A DNA stretch of 64,000 bases from Octopus sinensis (GCF_006345805.1 NC_042998.1:196230001-196294000), one strand, 5' to 3'. Positions 40,264 through 53,211 are shown, counted from the stretch's first letter. Notes: a model not told the origin generated them from the sequence alone. Program-made: numbers and translations.

Positions 40264-40948
40264 ACACACACACACACAATCCAAGTTAACTACGATAACT
40301 CGTTCCCAAATATCATCTTACGCCCACCATACTTACATATCATAATCATTCGACGAGTAATTCTCCAGGCTCTCCCATGACAACTTAGCAGATTTATCAT
40401 AACATATTTACGCAAAACAACGTACAAAGCAATAACTCTTTTACAAACTTCAAACGAGCCCAGTGGAACCAGATCCACTAGGAAACCCAGATACTTCAGT
40501 ACATTCAACAAAATAATTATAGACGTAATCAAAAGAATACATACATTTTATTCTACAAGGGAACATATAAAAATATATACGACTCCAATTACACATCAGA
40601 AAAAAGCAGCTTAATAAAACCCGAGCGGGGACAACCTCTAATGTAATACATGAAAACCACACACAGTAGAAATGAACGTCAACATAAAAAAACTGAAGAA
40701 GGAAATTACAAGGGAAATAAATCATGGAAAGTGTTTCAATTAGTAAACGTATACATCCCACATGAACCGTTGGACTAAGTGTAAAAACACGATAGATAGT
40801 AAATAATGATTACTTTTATTAACCACAAGGGCACAGATGAGGAAGACATCACAAGAGCAGACGACAGTTAGTGGGGGGATTTGCGTAAAGGATGAGGAGA
40901 AAGAAATGGAAGAGACAGTGAAATGCGATGTAAGTCGACATAGTAAAC

Positions 40949-41156
40949 CTTTTCTACTATAGGCACAAGGCCTGACATTTTGGGGGAATGGCTAAGTCGA
41001 TCACATCGACCCCAGTACTCAACTGGTCCTTAATTTATCGACCTCGAAAGGATGAAAGGCAAAGTCAACCTCGGCGGAATTTGAACTCACAACGTAACGA
41101 CAGACGAAATACTGCTAAGCATTTCGCCCGGCGTGCTAACGACTCTGCCAGCTCGC
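40949..41156 (-). mobile_element. SINE family A, 13-bp TSD
   Basis: CGACATAGTAAAC at 40936-40948 and 41157-41169. Confidence 0.92.
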
Positions 41157-43429
41157 CGACATAGTAAACGAAGAATGTGATAACATGAATGATTCGGTCC
41201 TTCTGATATACGAGAGAAACTCCAACTAGATTTTGCCAGCTTGCTGCCTTATGTCACAGTAATAACCTGAAATAATACGGCGACACACTCTAAATGAACG
41301 CAAATACCCTGATCAGGCATTCCTCTAAAATCAGTCGCCATAAACAAAAGAAGACAGAAATTGGCGCTCCGTCGGTTACGACGAGGGTTCCAGTTGATCC
41401 GATCAACGGAACAGCACTCTACAGACACATACTCTTAAAGTAGATCCCATGGAGATTCATTCAGCATGACACAGAATGTAACAAGGCTGATTGGTTGAAA
41501 TTGCCGAAATGCAAGAAAATAAACAAGAAATAGCTTACAAACTACAGGATTTTCTCAAGAAAGCCAAGAGAAAAAGATGTTTTATGTAGCACACTATCAG
41601 TTTACGAAGTTTAAAACTGTTTAGTTACATAGAAATTATTTTTAAAATCTGCCGGTCAAAATGAAAAGATCCAAAATAAGTCCTGGGGTCGATTCGTTAT
41701 TCAAAAACCCTTCAAGGCGGTGCCCCAGCATGACTGCAGTCCAATGACTGAAACAAGTAGAAGTTAAGCTATAAAGATTAGTAAATACTCAATGAAATTA
41801 TAAACCAGTATCTTTTTTACCTCTGATTCATTCATCACGGTGCTCTTAATTGTTAACCATGTTAACCTTATCACGGATTGATCTGTGTTAACACGGGTCG
41901 GCAGTCAGTCAAAGATTCCACTTAGACCGTATAAACGCATCCCATCAACCATCATATTTGCCAGCCGAGTGGACGGGAGAAATGTGAAATAAAATGTCGT
42001 GCCCAAGGACACAACGCGCCGCTCTGATTCGATCTCATGGCCTTAGGATCGTGAACCGAATACACTAACCACTATACCCCGCACCTTCACAAAGAAGACA
42101 GAAACACAACGGAGAATATACATTTCCCGTTTAGATTCGATGTTTCTCAGATAATCAACAAACTACGTGACGGTGGAGCTTCGCTGTTGTAGGACGCCAT
42201 TTTGGTGAATCAAACATTCTCTCCGTTTACTAAAGAGCGTAAAAATCATTCAGGAGCGAGATGAGCAAATTGCTGTTTAATAAAACAAATGTGGTTTCCA
42301 ACCATTTTGAATTTGTCCAACGTCGTTGAGGAAAGAAAAAGAATTATATGGATGCATGTTTGTGTGATTAAGAAGTTCGCTCGCCAAGCGTGTGGTTTCA
42401 AGTACCTAGGGTGAATGCCTTCTGCTATGGCTCTGGGACCACCAATGCCTTTTGAATGAATTTGGTAGCCCTGTGTATGTGTGTGTGTGTGTGTGTGTCT
42501 TTATGGTTGTATTTGTCCAGCTCCCTGCTTGATAACCAGTGTTAGTTTGTTTATATCGCCCGTAACTTAGCAGTTCGGCAATAGAGACCAATAGAATAAT
42601 TGCCAGACTTAAAAAATAATGACTGGGGTCGATTTGTTCGACTAAACCCGTCAAGAGGATACTCCAGCATGGCCGCAGTCCAATGACTGAAACAAGTGAA
42701 AGATTGAAATTACTCTAAAATGAGGGCGGATTGACAGCTATTTCCAGCTATTCTAAGCTTGTCCGACGTCATGGTGGAAGAAAGAAGAATTGCGTGGAAA
42801 AATCTCTATTTTGTTTTCTCCTTCACAAAGAGAGAGAAATGGTACCAAAATATTTCTCTAATATTTTTAAGTGGGTTGGAATCCATGAGTTTAAGAACTG
42901 CAAACCTAGACAACGATTGTGACCCCATACTTCCATCAGACACTTAAAAAAATGGAAAATCTAGAGATTTGAAACAAAATTAGGCCTTAGGGACTAACAA
43001 TATCTACGATTACTCGCATCTACATTTGCTACAAGTGCTTGTACCAAACACTTTAAAAATCCCCAGGATTTGGGAAGTGGACAAAATCATAACGATTCTA
43101 AAACTCAACAGAAATTCAAGTAAAGTAGCATCGCATAGGTTCTATTGACCTTCAAATATTTCAGAAAGGGATATTCGTTACAATATTAATCAACAATTTC
43201 CGTCTCTCAATAATCACATGACTTCAGACCATTACACTGAACCACCACGCTACTCACAGACCTAACACATGACGGCTTCAACAACAGAAAAAGCTTCCAC
43301 ACGTTCCTTCCCTTTAAATACTCGACATCTCCTTAAGACACAACACAAAACCTTGGCCCGTAATCAACCTAATTGTCGGATCGCCAACCCTATATAGTAC
43401 AATCGGACAAACAATATTTCCACAACTTG

Positions 43430-44042
43430 TGAGCTGACAGAATCGTTAGTACGCCGGGCGAAATCCTTAGCGGTATTTCGTCTGCCGTTACGTTCTGAGT
43501 TCAAATTCCGCCGAGGTCGACTTTGCCTTTCATCCTTTCGGGCTCGATTAAATAAGTACCAGTTACGCACTGGGGTCGATACAATTGACTTAATCCGTTT
43601 GTCTGTCCTTGTTTGTCCCCTCTGTGTTTAGCCCCTTGTGGGTAGTAAAGAAATAGATATTTCGTCTGCCGTTACGTTGTGAGCTCAAACTCCGCCGAGG
43701 TCGACTTTGCCTTTCATCCTTTCGGGGTCGATAAAATAAGAACCAGTTACGTACTGGGATCGATCTAATCGACTTTATCCCTTTGTTTTCCTTGTTTATC
43801 CCCTCTGTGTTTAGCCCCTTGTGGGCAATAAAGAAATAAGAAACGTTATCACGCCGGACAAAATTCTTAGCTGTATTTCGTCTATTTTTACGTTCTGAGT
43901 TCAAATTCTGCCGAGATCGATTTTGCCTTTCATCTTTTCGGGGTCGATAAATTAAGTACCAGTTACGTACTGGGGTCAATCTAATCGACTGGTCCCCCTT
44001 CGTCCAAAATTTCGGGCCTTGTGCCTAGAGTAGAAAAGAATA
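43430..44042 (+). mobile_element. SINE family A tandem array of ~3 units
   Basis: Junctions near 43655 and 43840. Confidence 0.88.
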
Positions 44043-44082
44043 TTTTCAGAACTTGTAAAATAGCTCTAAACGAAACTGGTTC

Positions 44083-44406
44083 TCCGTCGGTTACGACGAT
44101 GAGTGTTCCAGTTGATCCGATCAACGGAACAGCCAACTCAGGAAATTAACGTGCAAGTGGCTGACTGTGCACTCGACAGTCACGTGTACCCTTAACGTAG
44201 TTCTCAGGGAGATTCAGTGTGGCACAGAATGTGACAAGGCAGCCCCCCCTTTGAATTACAAGTACTACTCATTTTTGCCAGCTGAGTGGACTGGAACAAT
44301 GTGTAATAAAGTGCCTTGCTCAAGGACACAACGTGTCCCCAGGAATCGAACTCACGACCTTGTAATTGTGAGTTGAAGGCCCTTACCACTAAGTCACGCA
44401 GCTTCA
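44083..44406 (-). mobile_element. SINE family D
   Basis: Homology to 12200 and 20911 copies. Confidence 0.85.
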
Positions 44407-44744
44407 CTTGATGCAGTTCTAGACACCCAGAGAAGACAAAGCTGTCAAGGCTGTAATGTCTTTGTCCTTAGATCTACTCGATCAGAGCTGACCTGGGGCT
44501 AAACAACAGCAGTGAATTTGGCTGAGTCGTTAGGGCGTCGGATGGAACGTCACGGGGCAATTTATTCGGAGTCTCTGAGTTCAAAACCCTATGGAGCTAA
44601 CTTCGCTTTTCTGATGTGGATAAAAAATAAGAAAAGAGCGGTGGATTGGTGGAACAGTAAGAACGTCGGACTGGATACCCTTAGGTTTTTGTTTCGGCTA
44701 TTTTTATGTTGTAGCTTCAAATCCCACCATGGCTTAATTTTGTT

Positions 44745-45225
44745 CCTCAGTGACCCTGACAGCTATGTCAGTGAAGTGTAAGCTCCTAGTTGAGGTTCCC
44801 ATGCTAGACAAGTCAAAGGAAAGAAGCCGAACTAATATGGACGACCTCTTCCCAGAGGTAAAAATGGTTTTGTGTAAGGCCAAACTTTGAAAAAAGTGAA
44901 GATACAGAAACACTGATGACAAAGGAAAACCAACAACACCTGGGAGAGAAAGGCTTTTCCTTCAGGGAAACACAGGACATGGTACAATAAACTCGGAAAG
45001 GAAGCTGCAAAGCAGACTCCCCTTCTAACACCACTCGGAGCAGAAACCCACAGGGTAGGTGGTAAAGAGGATGCCCTATAAATATGGAGGTGGAATTATG
45101 GGGAAAAGCTGAAAAAGCAGGGATCCAACAGTAGAGAAGTAAAAAAAAAAGACAGCCTAGGGTCAAGAACAATGGCGAAAAGCCGTCATTGCTTTGGTCC
45201 ATAGGGAACGGAGGGGGTTAATCTA
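44745..45225 (+). mobile_element. Possible internally deleted RTE-like element (5'-UTR-like start and 3' end)
   Basis: Start GACCCTGACAGCTATGTC...GTAAGCTCCTAG and end GGTCCATAGGGAACGGAGGGGGTTAA resemble RTE termini as I recall them; not verified. Confidence 0.3.
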
Positions 45226-45436
45226 ATCTAGTCTCCTATTTGGATGATAAACTTAATCCATTTAAAACCACTTCCTGACAACTTGGGGTCTGTTAGAGGA
45301 GTCCGCTCTCTTGCAAGCATTCCGTTTAGGACTCACGTCTGAAGATACCTCTCTCTCTCTCTTTCACTCTGTCTGTCTGTCTGTAAGTATGTCTCTCTCT
45401 CTCCCTCCCTCCTGCCCTCCATCCATCACTCTCTCT

Positions 45437-45484
<48 letters not shown>

Positions 45485-45795
45485 CTCCTCTCTCTCGTCA
45501 GAGGTCCAATAAAGCGTCATGGACGTTGCCTTCCAAAGTCCTGACTGAAAGATAGCAAAAATATATTTTACTACAAGAATGACAAAGAGAAATTAGCGCC
45601 ATCTTTGTATCCATTTAGCTCTATCATCTTGTCTCTGCCAAATACTGGCAACATTAGTCTTCGCTGAAGAGGTCCAATGATGCTGAAACATATCTAGATT
45701 TGTTATCAAAGATCAAACTCATACACCAATGCAATCACCACCACCCACTTTTCAATATTTTAATTGATTGAGAGTAATCTAATTATTTTAATGAA

Positions 45796-46005
45796 GGAGG
45801 CGAGCTGGCAGAATCGTTAGCACGCCGGACAAAATGTTTAGCTGTATTACGTCCGTCTTTACGTTCTGAGTTCAAATTCTGCCGAGGTCGACTTTGCCTT
45901 TCATCTTTTCGGGGTCGATAAATTAAGTACCAGTTGTGTACTGAGGTCGATGAAATCGACTTACCTCCTCCTTCGAAATTGCTGGCCTTGTGCCAAAATT
46001 TGAAA
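45796..46005 (+). mobile_element. SINE family A
   Basis: Homology. Confidence 0.88.
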
Positions 46006-46193
46006 TCAGTTTTTTAAAATAAATTTTGATTTAATTCAAATATTCATATTTACCCCTCATGGTTATCTTGACTAGAATTAACCATTTAGTTAATGGGAGC
46101 GATTGACCCCCATTTTAGGGATAATGTTATTTATTTAAGATATTTGGGATTAATTATGTTAATCTCCCACTTGATTTTACTAATGTATTTATA

Positions 46194-46997
46194 GGCGTGG
46201 CTGTGTGGTTAGCAGTTGCTTCCCAGCCACACGGTTTGGGGTTCAGTCCCACTTTGTGGCACCATGGGAAAGTGTCTTCTACTATAGCCTCAGGCTAACC
46301 AAAGCCTTGTTAGTGGATTTGGTAGACGGAAACTGAAAGAGGCCCGTCGTACACACCCGCACAGACACACACATATACATCGGGGCATTCCGTCGGTTAC
46401 GACGACGAGGGTTCCAGTTGATCCGATCAACGGAACAGCCTGCTCGTGAAATTAACGTGTAAGTGGCTGAGCACTCCACAGACACGTGTACCCTTAACGT
46501 AGTTCTCCGGGAGATTCAACATGACACAGAGTGTGACAAGGCTGTCCCCTTTGAAATAAAGGTGCAACAGAAGCAGGAAGAAAGAGTGAGAGAAAGTTGG
46601 GGTGAAAGAGTACAGCAGGGTTCGCCACCCACCCCCTGCCGGGAGCCTCATGGAGTTTTAGGTGTTTTCGCTCAATAAACACTCACAACGCCCGGTCTGG
46701 GAATCGAAACCACGATGCTACGACCACGAGTCCGCTGCCCTAACCACTGGGCCATTGTGCCTCCACATGTATGTGTGTGTGTGAGTGTGTGGCTTTGTCT
46801 TTGATTGCTTTCGTTTCCCACCACCGCTTGACAACTGGTGTTGGTGTCTCCGTGACTTAGCGGTTCGGTGACCGATGGAATAAGTACAAGGCTTGAAAAA
46901 AAAAAGTACTATGTTCGATTCACTCAACTAAAAACTTTTCAAGATGGTACCCCAGAATGGCCGCAGTCTAAGACTTAAACAAGTAAAAGGTAAAAGA
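46194..46997. mobile_element. SINE family B halves (46194-46350, 46790-46997, plus) interrupted by a family C copy (46385-46764, minus)
   Basis: Homology; the C copy sits in the internal microsatellite region of B. Confidence 0.8.
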
Positions 46998-47465
46998 TAT
47001 TCGAGATTAAAGTAAAGTGCTCTACAGTCACTGGAGAGCAACTATGGCTGGGGACAGACGTACCATACTTTCGTTTATTGTTTCAAATGCTTATATAATC
47101 GCGAGGAGACATAGACACCTTCTTAACACCCTTGCTCTAGGACCCGGGGGGGGGATCATCCAGGATGTGACAGCTACAGATGAACGAGAGATAGAAAGGA
47201 GAGGAAAGTGATGCCCCAGTTCTCGTCCGTCACACATTTACATCAAATTTGGCTGAAACGAAGTGAAATGAAGTACCGTACTCAAAACACGCAATGCTCC
47301 GCCCGGTCCGATGATACGAACCCACGGCTTTATGATCGCGAGGCGAACAGCCTTAACCATTGGGCCACGGACCATCATGACATAGGTGGGTATTTTGTGG
47401 TTAGAACAATACTCTTCTGAAGTTCAAAAAAACCACCCGAGTCATCACCACCCTCTTTAATCTTT

Positions 47466-47868
47466 ACTCTTTACTCTTTACTTGTTTCAGTCATTTGACT
47501 GCGGCCATGCTGGAGCACCGCCTTTAGTCGAGCAAATCGACCCCAGGACTTATTCTTTGTAAGCCTAGTACTTATTCTATCAGTCTCTTTTGCCGAATCG
47601 CTAAGTTACGGGGGCGTAAACACACCAGCATCGGTTGTCAAGCGATGTTTGGGGGGACAAACACAGGCACACACAAACACACACACACATATATATAAAC
47701 ATATATACGACGGGCTTCTTTTCAGTTTCCGTCTACCAAATCCACTCATAAGGCTTTGGTCGGCCCAAGGCTATAGCAGAAGACACTTGCCCAAGGTGCC
47801 ATGCAGTGGGACTGAACTCGGAACCATGTGGTTGGTAAGCAAGCTACTTACCACACAGCCACTCCTGC
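47466..47868 (-). mobile_element. SINE family B, full length
   Basis: Homology. Confidence 0.9.
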
Positions 47869-48811
47869 ACCTAAGTGCGTTTCACTCACCAACTCCATTC
47901 ATTCCGCCATCATCGTCATTTCTAAACCCTTTTGATACCAACCCGGCTGAAACCGGCTCTGGCTCTGAGTACAAATGTCTTGTTTTCATGAATTTTAAAT
48001 TAGAATCTTCCACTTAGTCACAGTTTATGATCCTATACTAACTGAATGATAACTAAGTTATTTTACTAAATTCTTCCTTATATTTAAAGTAATTGAAAGA
48101 AACACAGGTAAGACAACCTGTTAGATTTCACCAAATGTCATCAAATAATTTAGGGTTTCCTCATTTTTTTTTACCATTTTTAAAAATGAAAACCCATTTT
48201 TCTTTTATTTTACGTTCGTCGTCGTCGTACACGTTGCTGTCATCGTTATTGCTCTTGTTGTTGTGCTTCTTGTTGCAGTTGTTGTCATCACTGACGCTGC
48301 TGCTGGCTGCTGCTGTTGTGCTTCTTGTTCCTGTGAAGTATTTTATTTGTCATCGAAGCATGTGATAGGAAACATGAAAGAGGAAGGGAAAAAAAAACGT
48401 GAAAGAGTTTCGGAGAGTCGAGGGGAGGATGGATGGGGAGAGGATGTTGTGTATTGATGAAACGGAAGCTTACGTGTGAGTCAGTGGATCAACAACTTCC
48501 AGCATTTAACAGTTTCCCTTGCTGCTGCTGCCGATAGTGCTCCTGATGCAGTTCCCGCCATCCCCGCCCGACCACCGACTCCTCATCCTTTTCCTTCTTC
48601 ATCTCTCTATTCAGTTACATCTAAACAATATACCCTTCGAAACCTGACGCACGACATACATTTCTACATAGCAGTCATTATCCAGCACCACCACCACCCC
48701 CTCTCTCTCTCTCTCTCACACACATACACACACACACACACACAGAGAAAAGGAGAGACAGATTCTCCTCTTTACTTACATTCCCTTTCTTTCTTTGCCC
48801 TTGTCTCTAAC

Positions 48812-48842
<31 letters not shown>

Positions 48843-49108
48843 TTCTGTACACACACACACACACTCAAACAAACACAGGTTCCCTACTACAATATATCAG
48901 ACAATTACGGGAGAAATTCTTTACTGACACCCCCCACACACAAACACACACATTTCTATTAACCCACCACCAACACCACCACCACCCCCACTCATTTTCA
49001 CTTGAAATATTAAACTCCAGTCGACCGGGGAAACTATTTCAATCAATTACAGACGATAAAAACCTCATGTAATACTCCTCCTCCTCCTCTTCCTCCTCTT
49101 CCTCCTCA

Positions 49109-49140
<32 letters not shown>

Positions 49141-49163
49141 CCCCTACTACTACTACTACTACT

Positions 49164-49555
49164 CTCTTACTTGTTTCAGTCATTTGACTGTGGCCATGCT
49201 GGAGCACCGCCTTTAGTCGAGCAAATCAACCCCAGGACTTATTCTTTGTAAGCCTAGTACTTATTCTATCGGTCTCTTTTGCCGAACCGCTAAGGTACGG
49301 GGACGTAAACACACCAGCATCGGTTGTCAAGCGATGTTGGGGGGACAAACACACACACACAAACACACACACACACACACATATATATACATATATACGA
49401 CGGGCTTCTTTTCAGTTTCCGTCTACCAAATCCACTCATAAGGCTTTGGTCAGCCCGAGGCTATAGTAGAAGACACTTGCCCAAGATGCCACGCAGTGGG
49501 ACTGAGCCCGGAACCATGTGGTTGGTAAGCAAGCTACTTACCACACAGCCACTCC
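49164..49555 (-). mobile_element. SINE family B, full length
   Basis: Homology. Confidence 0.9.
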
Positions 49556-49579
49556 TAATAATAATAATAATAATAATAA

Positions 49580-49785
49580 TCCTTTCTATTATTGGCACAA
49601 GGCCTGAAACTTGTGGGGAGGGGACTAGTCGATTATATCGACCCCAGTGAGTAACTGGTACTTAATTCATCGACCCCGAAAGGGCAAAAGGCAAAGTCGA
49701 CCTCAGCGGAATTTGAACTCAGAAAGACGAAGGAAATGTCGCTAAGCGTTTTACTCGGCGTGTTAACGCTTCTGCCATCTCGCCA
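49580..49785 (-). mobile_element. SINE family A
   Basis: Homology. Confidence 0.85.
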
Positions 49786-50200
49786 CGTTTACGTCAACGT
49801 TAATAGAATAAGAAACAAAATGGTGGCGAGCTGGCAAGTTCTCCCTTACATTTGTCTTTTTTCAGCCTACAAGCACAAGTTCAGTATAGGTCCATTTTAC
49901 AACTCCTGAACAGAGATGTGGTTCTCGAAATAGTCCCTGGATAAATTTTAGCTGAAGTATAGCGCTCATCTGTGAAGTGATACGGTTATATGGCCAAGCC
50001 TTCATCATATAAGTATTCCCCAGTTTTACTGCTTTTGCAGACGTGAGGATTTTATTGGTTATAAGTCTTACTATCCCCTTCCTCTTCCAAGAAGTTTGTA
50101 TTTCTGGTTTTCTAAAATCAATCTTGACTTCAATATATTTATTTTTAATAATAATTTCACCTTCCTAGCTTAATTTGATTTCGCCGACGAAAGACTTTAT

Positions 50201-50308
50201 GTTGCCTGAAGAAATGGTGAGGTTATGCAATAATGTGAAGTTATGTAATATTGTGTAATTATTATACTTCGCTGAATAAATGACCACACTGCTGAAACGC
50301 CATGCAGC
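50201..50308 (+). ncRNA. Degenerate type I hammerhead motif (cleavage triplet mutated)
   Basis: GTTGC-CTGAAGA-[14-bp stem II AATGGTGAGGTTAT/ATGACCACACTGCT]-GAAACGC-CAT-GCAGC. Confidence 0.5.
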
Positions 50309-50335
50309 GATGTTTGAGCAATCCATTTTTATTTG

Positions 50336-50803
50336 TTTACTATATCCCACAACCTTCGAGACCTTTTGGTCCATAGCTCCTTCCCTGACCCTACCTCCTA
50401 ACCCGGCTCGTTCCCCTGCTCCCGCCCACGTTGCCGCACTTGCCCTTACCTCTCCAACACCACCCGCCTCACTAGCACCCACCATCGACCCTATCCCATC
50501 ATCTACTCCTTCACCTGCACCTCCAGCAATATTATCTATTGCGTCTCTTGCTCTCTCTGCAATTCCTTGTACATCGGACAAACGGGACGCCGCTTGGCTG
50601 ACCGGTTCGCGGAACACCTTCGTGACATCCACCTTGCGAACGACACACCGGTCTCACGCCATTTCCGCTCCACCGGTCACTCCTTGCAACACCTATCTGT
50701 GTTCGGTTTGTCCTTACACAGAGGCCATCCGGATTCCCGTTTGCGCCGTGAACAGGAATTAATCTTCTCTCTTCGCTCTTATACGCCATTTGGTCTCAAC
50801 TCC
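50336..50803 (+). pseudogene. Penelope-like element GIY-YIG endonuclease with upstream Cys-rich linker (Neptune-like), 5'-truncated, one in-frame stop at 50399-50401
   Basis: PCSRPRCRTCPY...FTCTSSNIIYCVSCSLCNSLYIGQTGRRLADRFAEHLR...RLRREQELIFSLRSYTPFGLN. Confidence 0.9.
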
Positions 50804-51132
50804 CCCCTCCCCCCTCCTCACCTATCCTTCCCCCCGACCCCTACTTCTTCAGTCCTTCATCCTTTCACCCCTACTCCCCTTCCCTTCTTCCCTTTTCTCC
50901 CTCCCTCCTTCAATCTTCCCTCTGCTCCCTCACTCCCCTTCTCTCTCTCCCCCCTCCCCCTCTTTCCTCCTTCCTCCCTCCTCCTTCTCCCCATCTCTCT
51001 CCCCTCCTCTCCTTCCCCTCTTCTCCCCCTTCCCCCTCTTCTCCCCTCTCCTTCTTCCCCCTCTTCTCCCCCTCCCCCTCTTCTCCTCACTACACCACAC
51101 GACTTTACACATCACATCATATATGATGTGCC

Positions 51133-51350
51133 ATACTAATACATACACCAACTAATACATACTAATACGTACTAATACATACTAATACATACTAATACAT
51201 ACACCAACCCTATACATACACACGTCCAGACCCCTCATACGCACTTATACTCTCTCATACACACACACACACACACTTATACATACTAATACGTACTAAT
51301 ACATACTAATACATACTAATACATACTAATACATACACCAACCTCATACA
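51133..51350. repeat. 10-bp (CATACTAATA)n tandem repeats in two blocks in the PLE 3' region
   Basis: Direct inspection. Confidence 0.85.
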
Positions 51351-51429
51351 TACGCCTGTCCAGACCTATCCTAGGGTCATTCAACCCTATTATCTCCCCT
51401 TATTTCGCTCTCGCGTCTCATGTTTGATC

Positions 51430-51659
51430 TTTGACCTCTGGCCGAAATCAGATCGCCATGTTGATTCGTTAGTTACTGCACGCATTTTTTTTCTCTCCTT
51501 CTTTCTGTGTTTTTTTCTCTCTATGTATCTTCTGTTGAAGAGCGTAGGCTCGAAACGTTAAAGACTTGTTTATTTATATTTCCTGAGCCGCCATACTAAT
51601 ACAATTGTTTGTTTTCCACCTGCCTCGTCTTTTGTCTATTTTCATAAAGCTTCCCGTTA

Positions 51660-51660
<1 letters not shown>
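51430..51660 (+). mobile_element. Pseudo-LTR-like 3' module with variant hammerhead (51528-51564), ending in (TA)n
   Basis: CTGTTGA-A-GAGC-GTAG-GCTC-GAAACGTT-AAAG; homologous to 51960, 52640 and 59950 modules. Confidence 0.7.
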
Positions 51661-51734
<74 letters not shown>

Positions 51735-51893
51735 TTTTTATTTCCAATCACTTTCGGAATTACAACAATTGATGGCTTGGAGTTTTAACTGCTCTTTCTA
51801 GCGAGTCAGATATCCTATTCTTCGGTATTTCTTTTGTGTTTGAACGTACACTGTATTCTTCTTTGTAGTTGTGTGTATATATATATATACTAC

Positions 51894-51954
<61 letters not shown>

Positions 51955-51956
<2 letters not shown>

Positions 51957-52085
51957 GTGTTAAAGTTGAAATTTACAGAAAAACCCATGACGAAGGCAGA
52001 TGTATAAGCAACAAACAGGGTATTAGCTTAACGCTCGGGAAGGTGAGAAAGTCTTTTATGTTTGATTCTACGCTCTTCAACACAC
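51955..52085 (-). mobile_element. Inverted, decayed copy of the same 3' module
   Basis: Reverse complement GTTGAAGAGCGTAGAATCAAACATAAAAGACTTTCTCACCTTCCCGAGCG... Confidence 0.7.
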
Positions 52086-52104
52086 ACCACACACACTACA
52101 CACA

Positions 52105-52149
<45 letters not shown>

Positions 52150-52168
52150 ATTATATAATATATATATC

Positions 52169-52386
52169 AAGTATAGGAAAAAATGGAGCTGAACGTAGAT
52201 TTAACAAAATTCCTTTATTTTATTTTCGACATATGTTTCGAAGTCTGCAAAATCCCTAATTCCGAATGAATAAGGAGTCCATTATGCAGCTTTCTCTTCA
52301 GGAAAATCCAGGAACTTAATTCTCCAACAAAATGCACAAGTTTTTCGATGACCGCTCTACGTTCAGCTCCATTTTTTCCTATACTT
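52169..52386. mobile_element. Small element with perfect 31-bp inverted repeats enclosing a hammerhead ribozyme
   Basis: AAGTATAGGAAAAAATGGAGCTGAACGTAGA (52169-52199) and its reverse complement (52356-52386). Confidence 0.8.
52222..52307 (-). ncRNA. Canonical type I hammerhead ribozyme, GUC cleavage triplet
   Basis: AUUUUC-CUGAAGA-GAAAGCUGCA...UGCAGACUUC-GAAAC-AUAU-GUC-GAAAAU; predicted cleavage between 52228 and 52227. Confidence 0.85.
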
Positions 52387-52553
52387 AAGATATTAAATTA
52401 AACTTCAAATTTCCGCACTAAGGCACGGAGTTTATGCCCTACGGTCGTAACTTCAACCGTGCTTTTTCTGTTGTGAGTTTGCTACCCAGGTATTGGTTAT
52501 CTTTCGAATTATCCGTATAAGATAATTCATTTGTCTATTTAAATACTATATAT

Positions 52554-52588
<35 letters not shown>

Positions 52589-52635
52589 CTATATATATAT
52601 ATATATCTATATATATATATATATATATATATATT

Positions 52636-52815
52636 TGACCGCTAGTTCCAAAAGTTTTTTTTTTTTTCTCTCTGTTTATTTCCTCGTGTTCCTTTCTGTT
52701 GAAGAGCGTAGACTCGAAACGTAAGACTTTCTCACCTTCCGAGTGTCAAACTAATACATCTGTTTGTTGTTTATTCACCTATCTTTGTCTTTTGTTTTTC
52801 TGTAAATTCCAACTA
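52636..52815 (+). mobile_element. (TA)n-flanked solo copy of the variant-hammerhead 3' module
   Basis: CTTT-CTGTTGA-A-GAGC-GTAG-ACTC-GAAACGTA at 52692-52722. Confidence 0.7.
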
Positions 52816-52818
52816 TAG

Positions 52819-52852
<34 letters not shown>

Positions 52853-52857
52853 GTATG

Positions 52858-52888
<31 letters not shown>

Positions 52889-52894
52889 ATATAT

Positions 52895-53211
52895 AATAAT
52901 AATATTAGGGAGTAAATCCAAACTTACGGGGGAAAATTAGATTTAGGATTAAATCAAATTTCACAGTATAAATATAAATTAAATTAGAGATAAAACCACA
53001 ATTAGGCAAATCAAACAGTGAAAAACATAAACCAAAACATAAAAATAAAAATAATTAATATAATATACAAAATATATAAAATATAAAATTTAAAATTTAA
53101 ATTATTTAAATTAAAATTTTAATTTATATTTATATATTTTTATATAAAAATATATAAATATAAATTAAAAATTGATTTGCCTAATAGTGGTTTTAATCTC
53201 TAATTTAATTT

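Noticed and set aside
45660-45700. CTGAAGA...GAAACATATC hammerhead candidate
   Set aside because: No GUH triplet and no convincing stems I or II.
49860-50165. ~100-codon open frame on the minus strand
   Set aside because: No early start codon, splice signals or recognisable motif; transposase similarity unconvincing.
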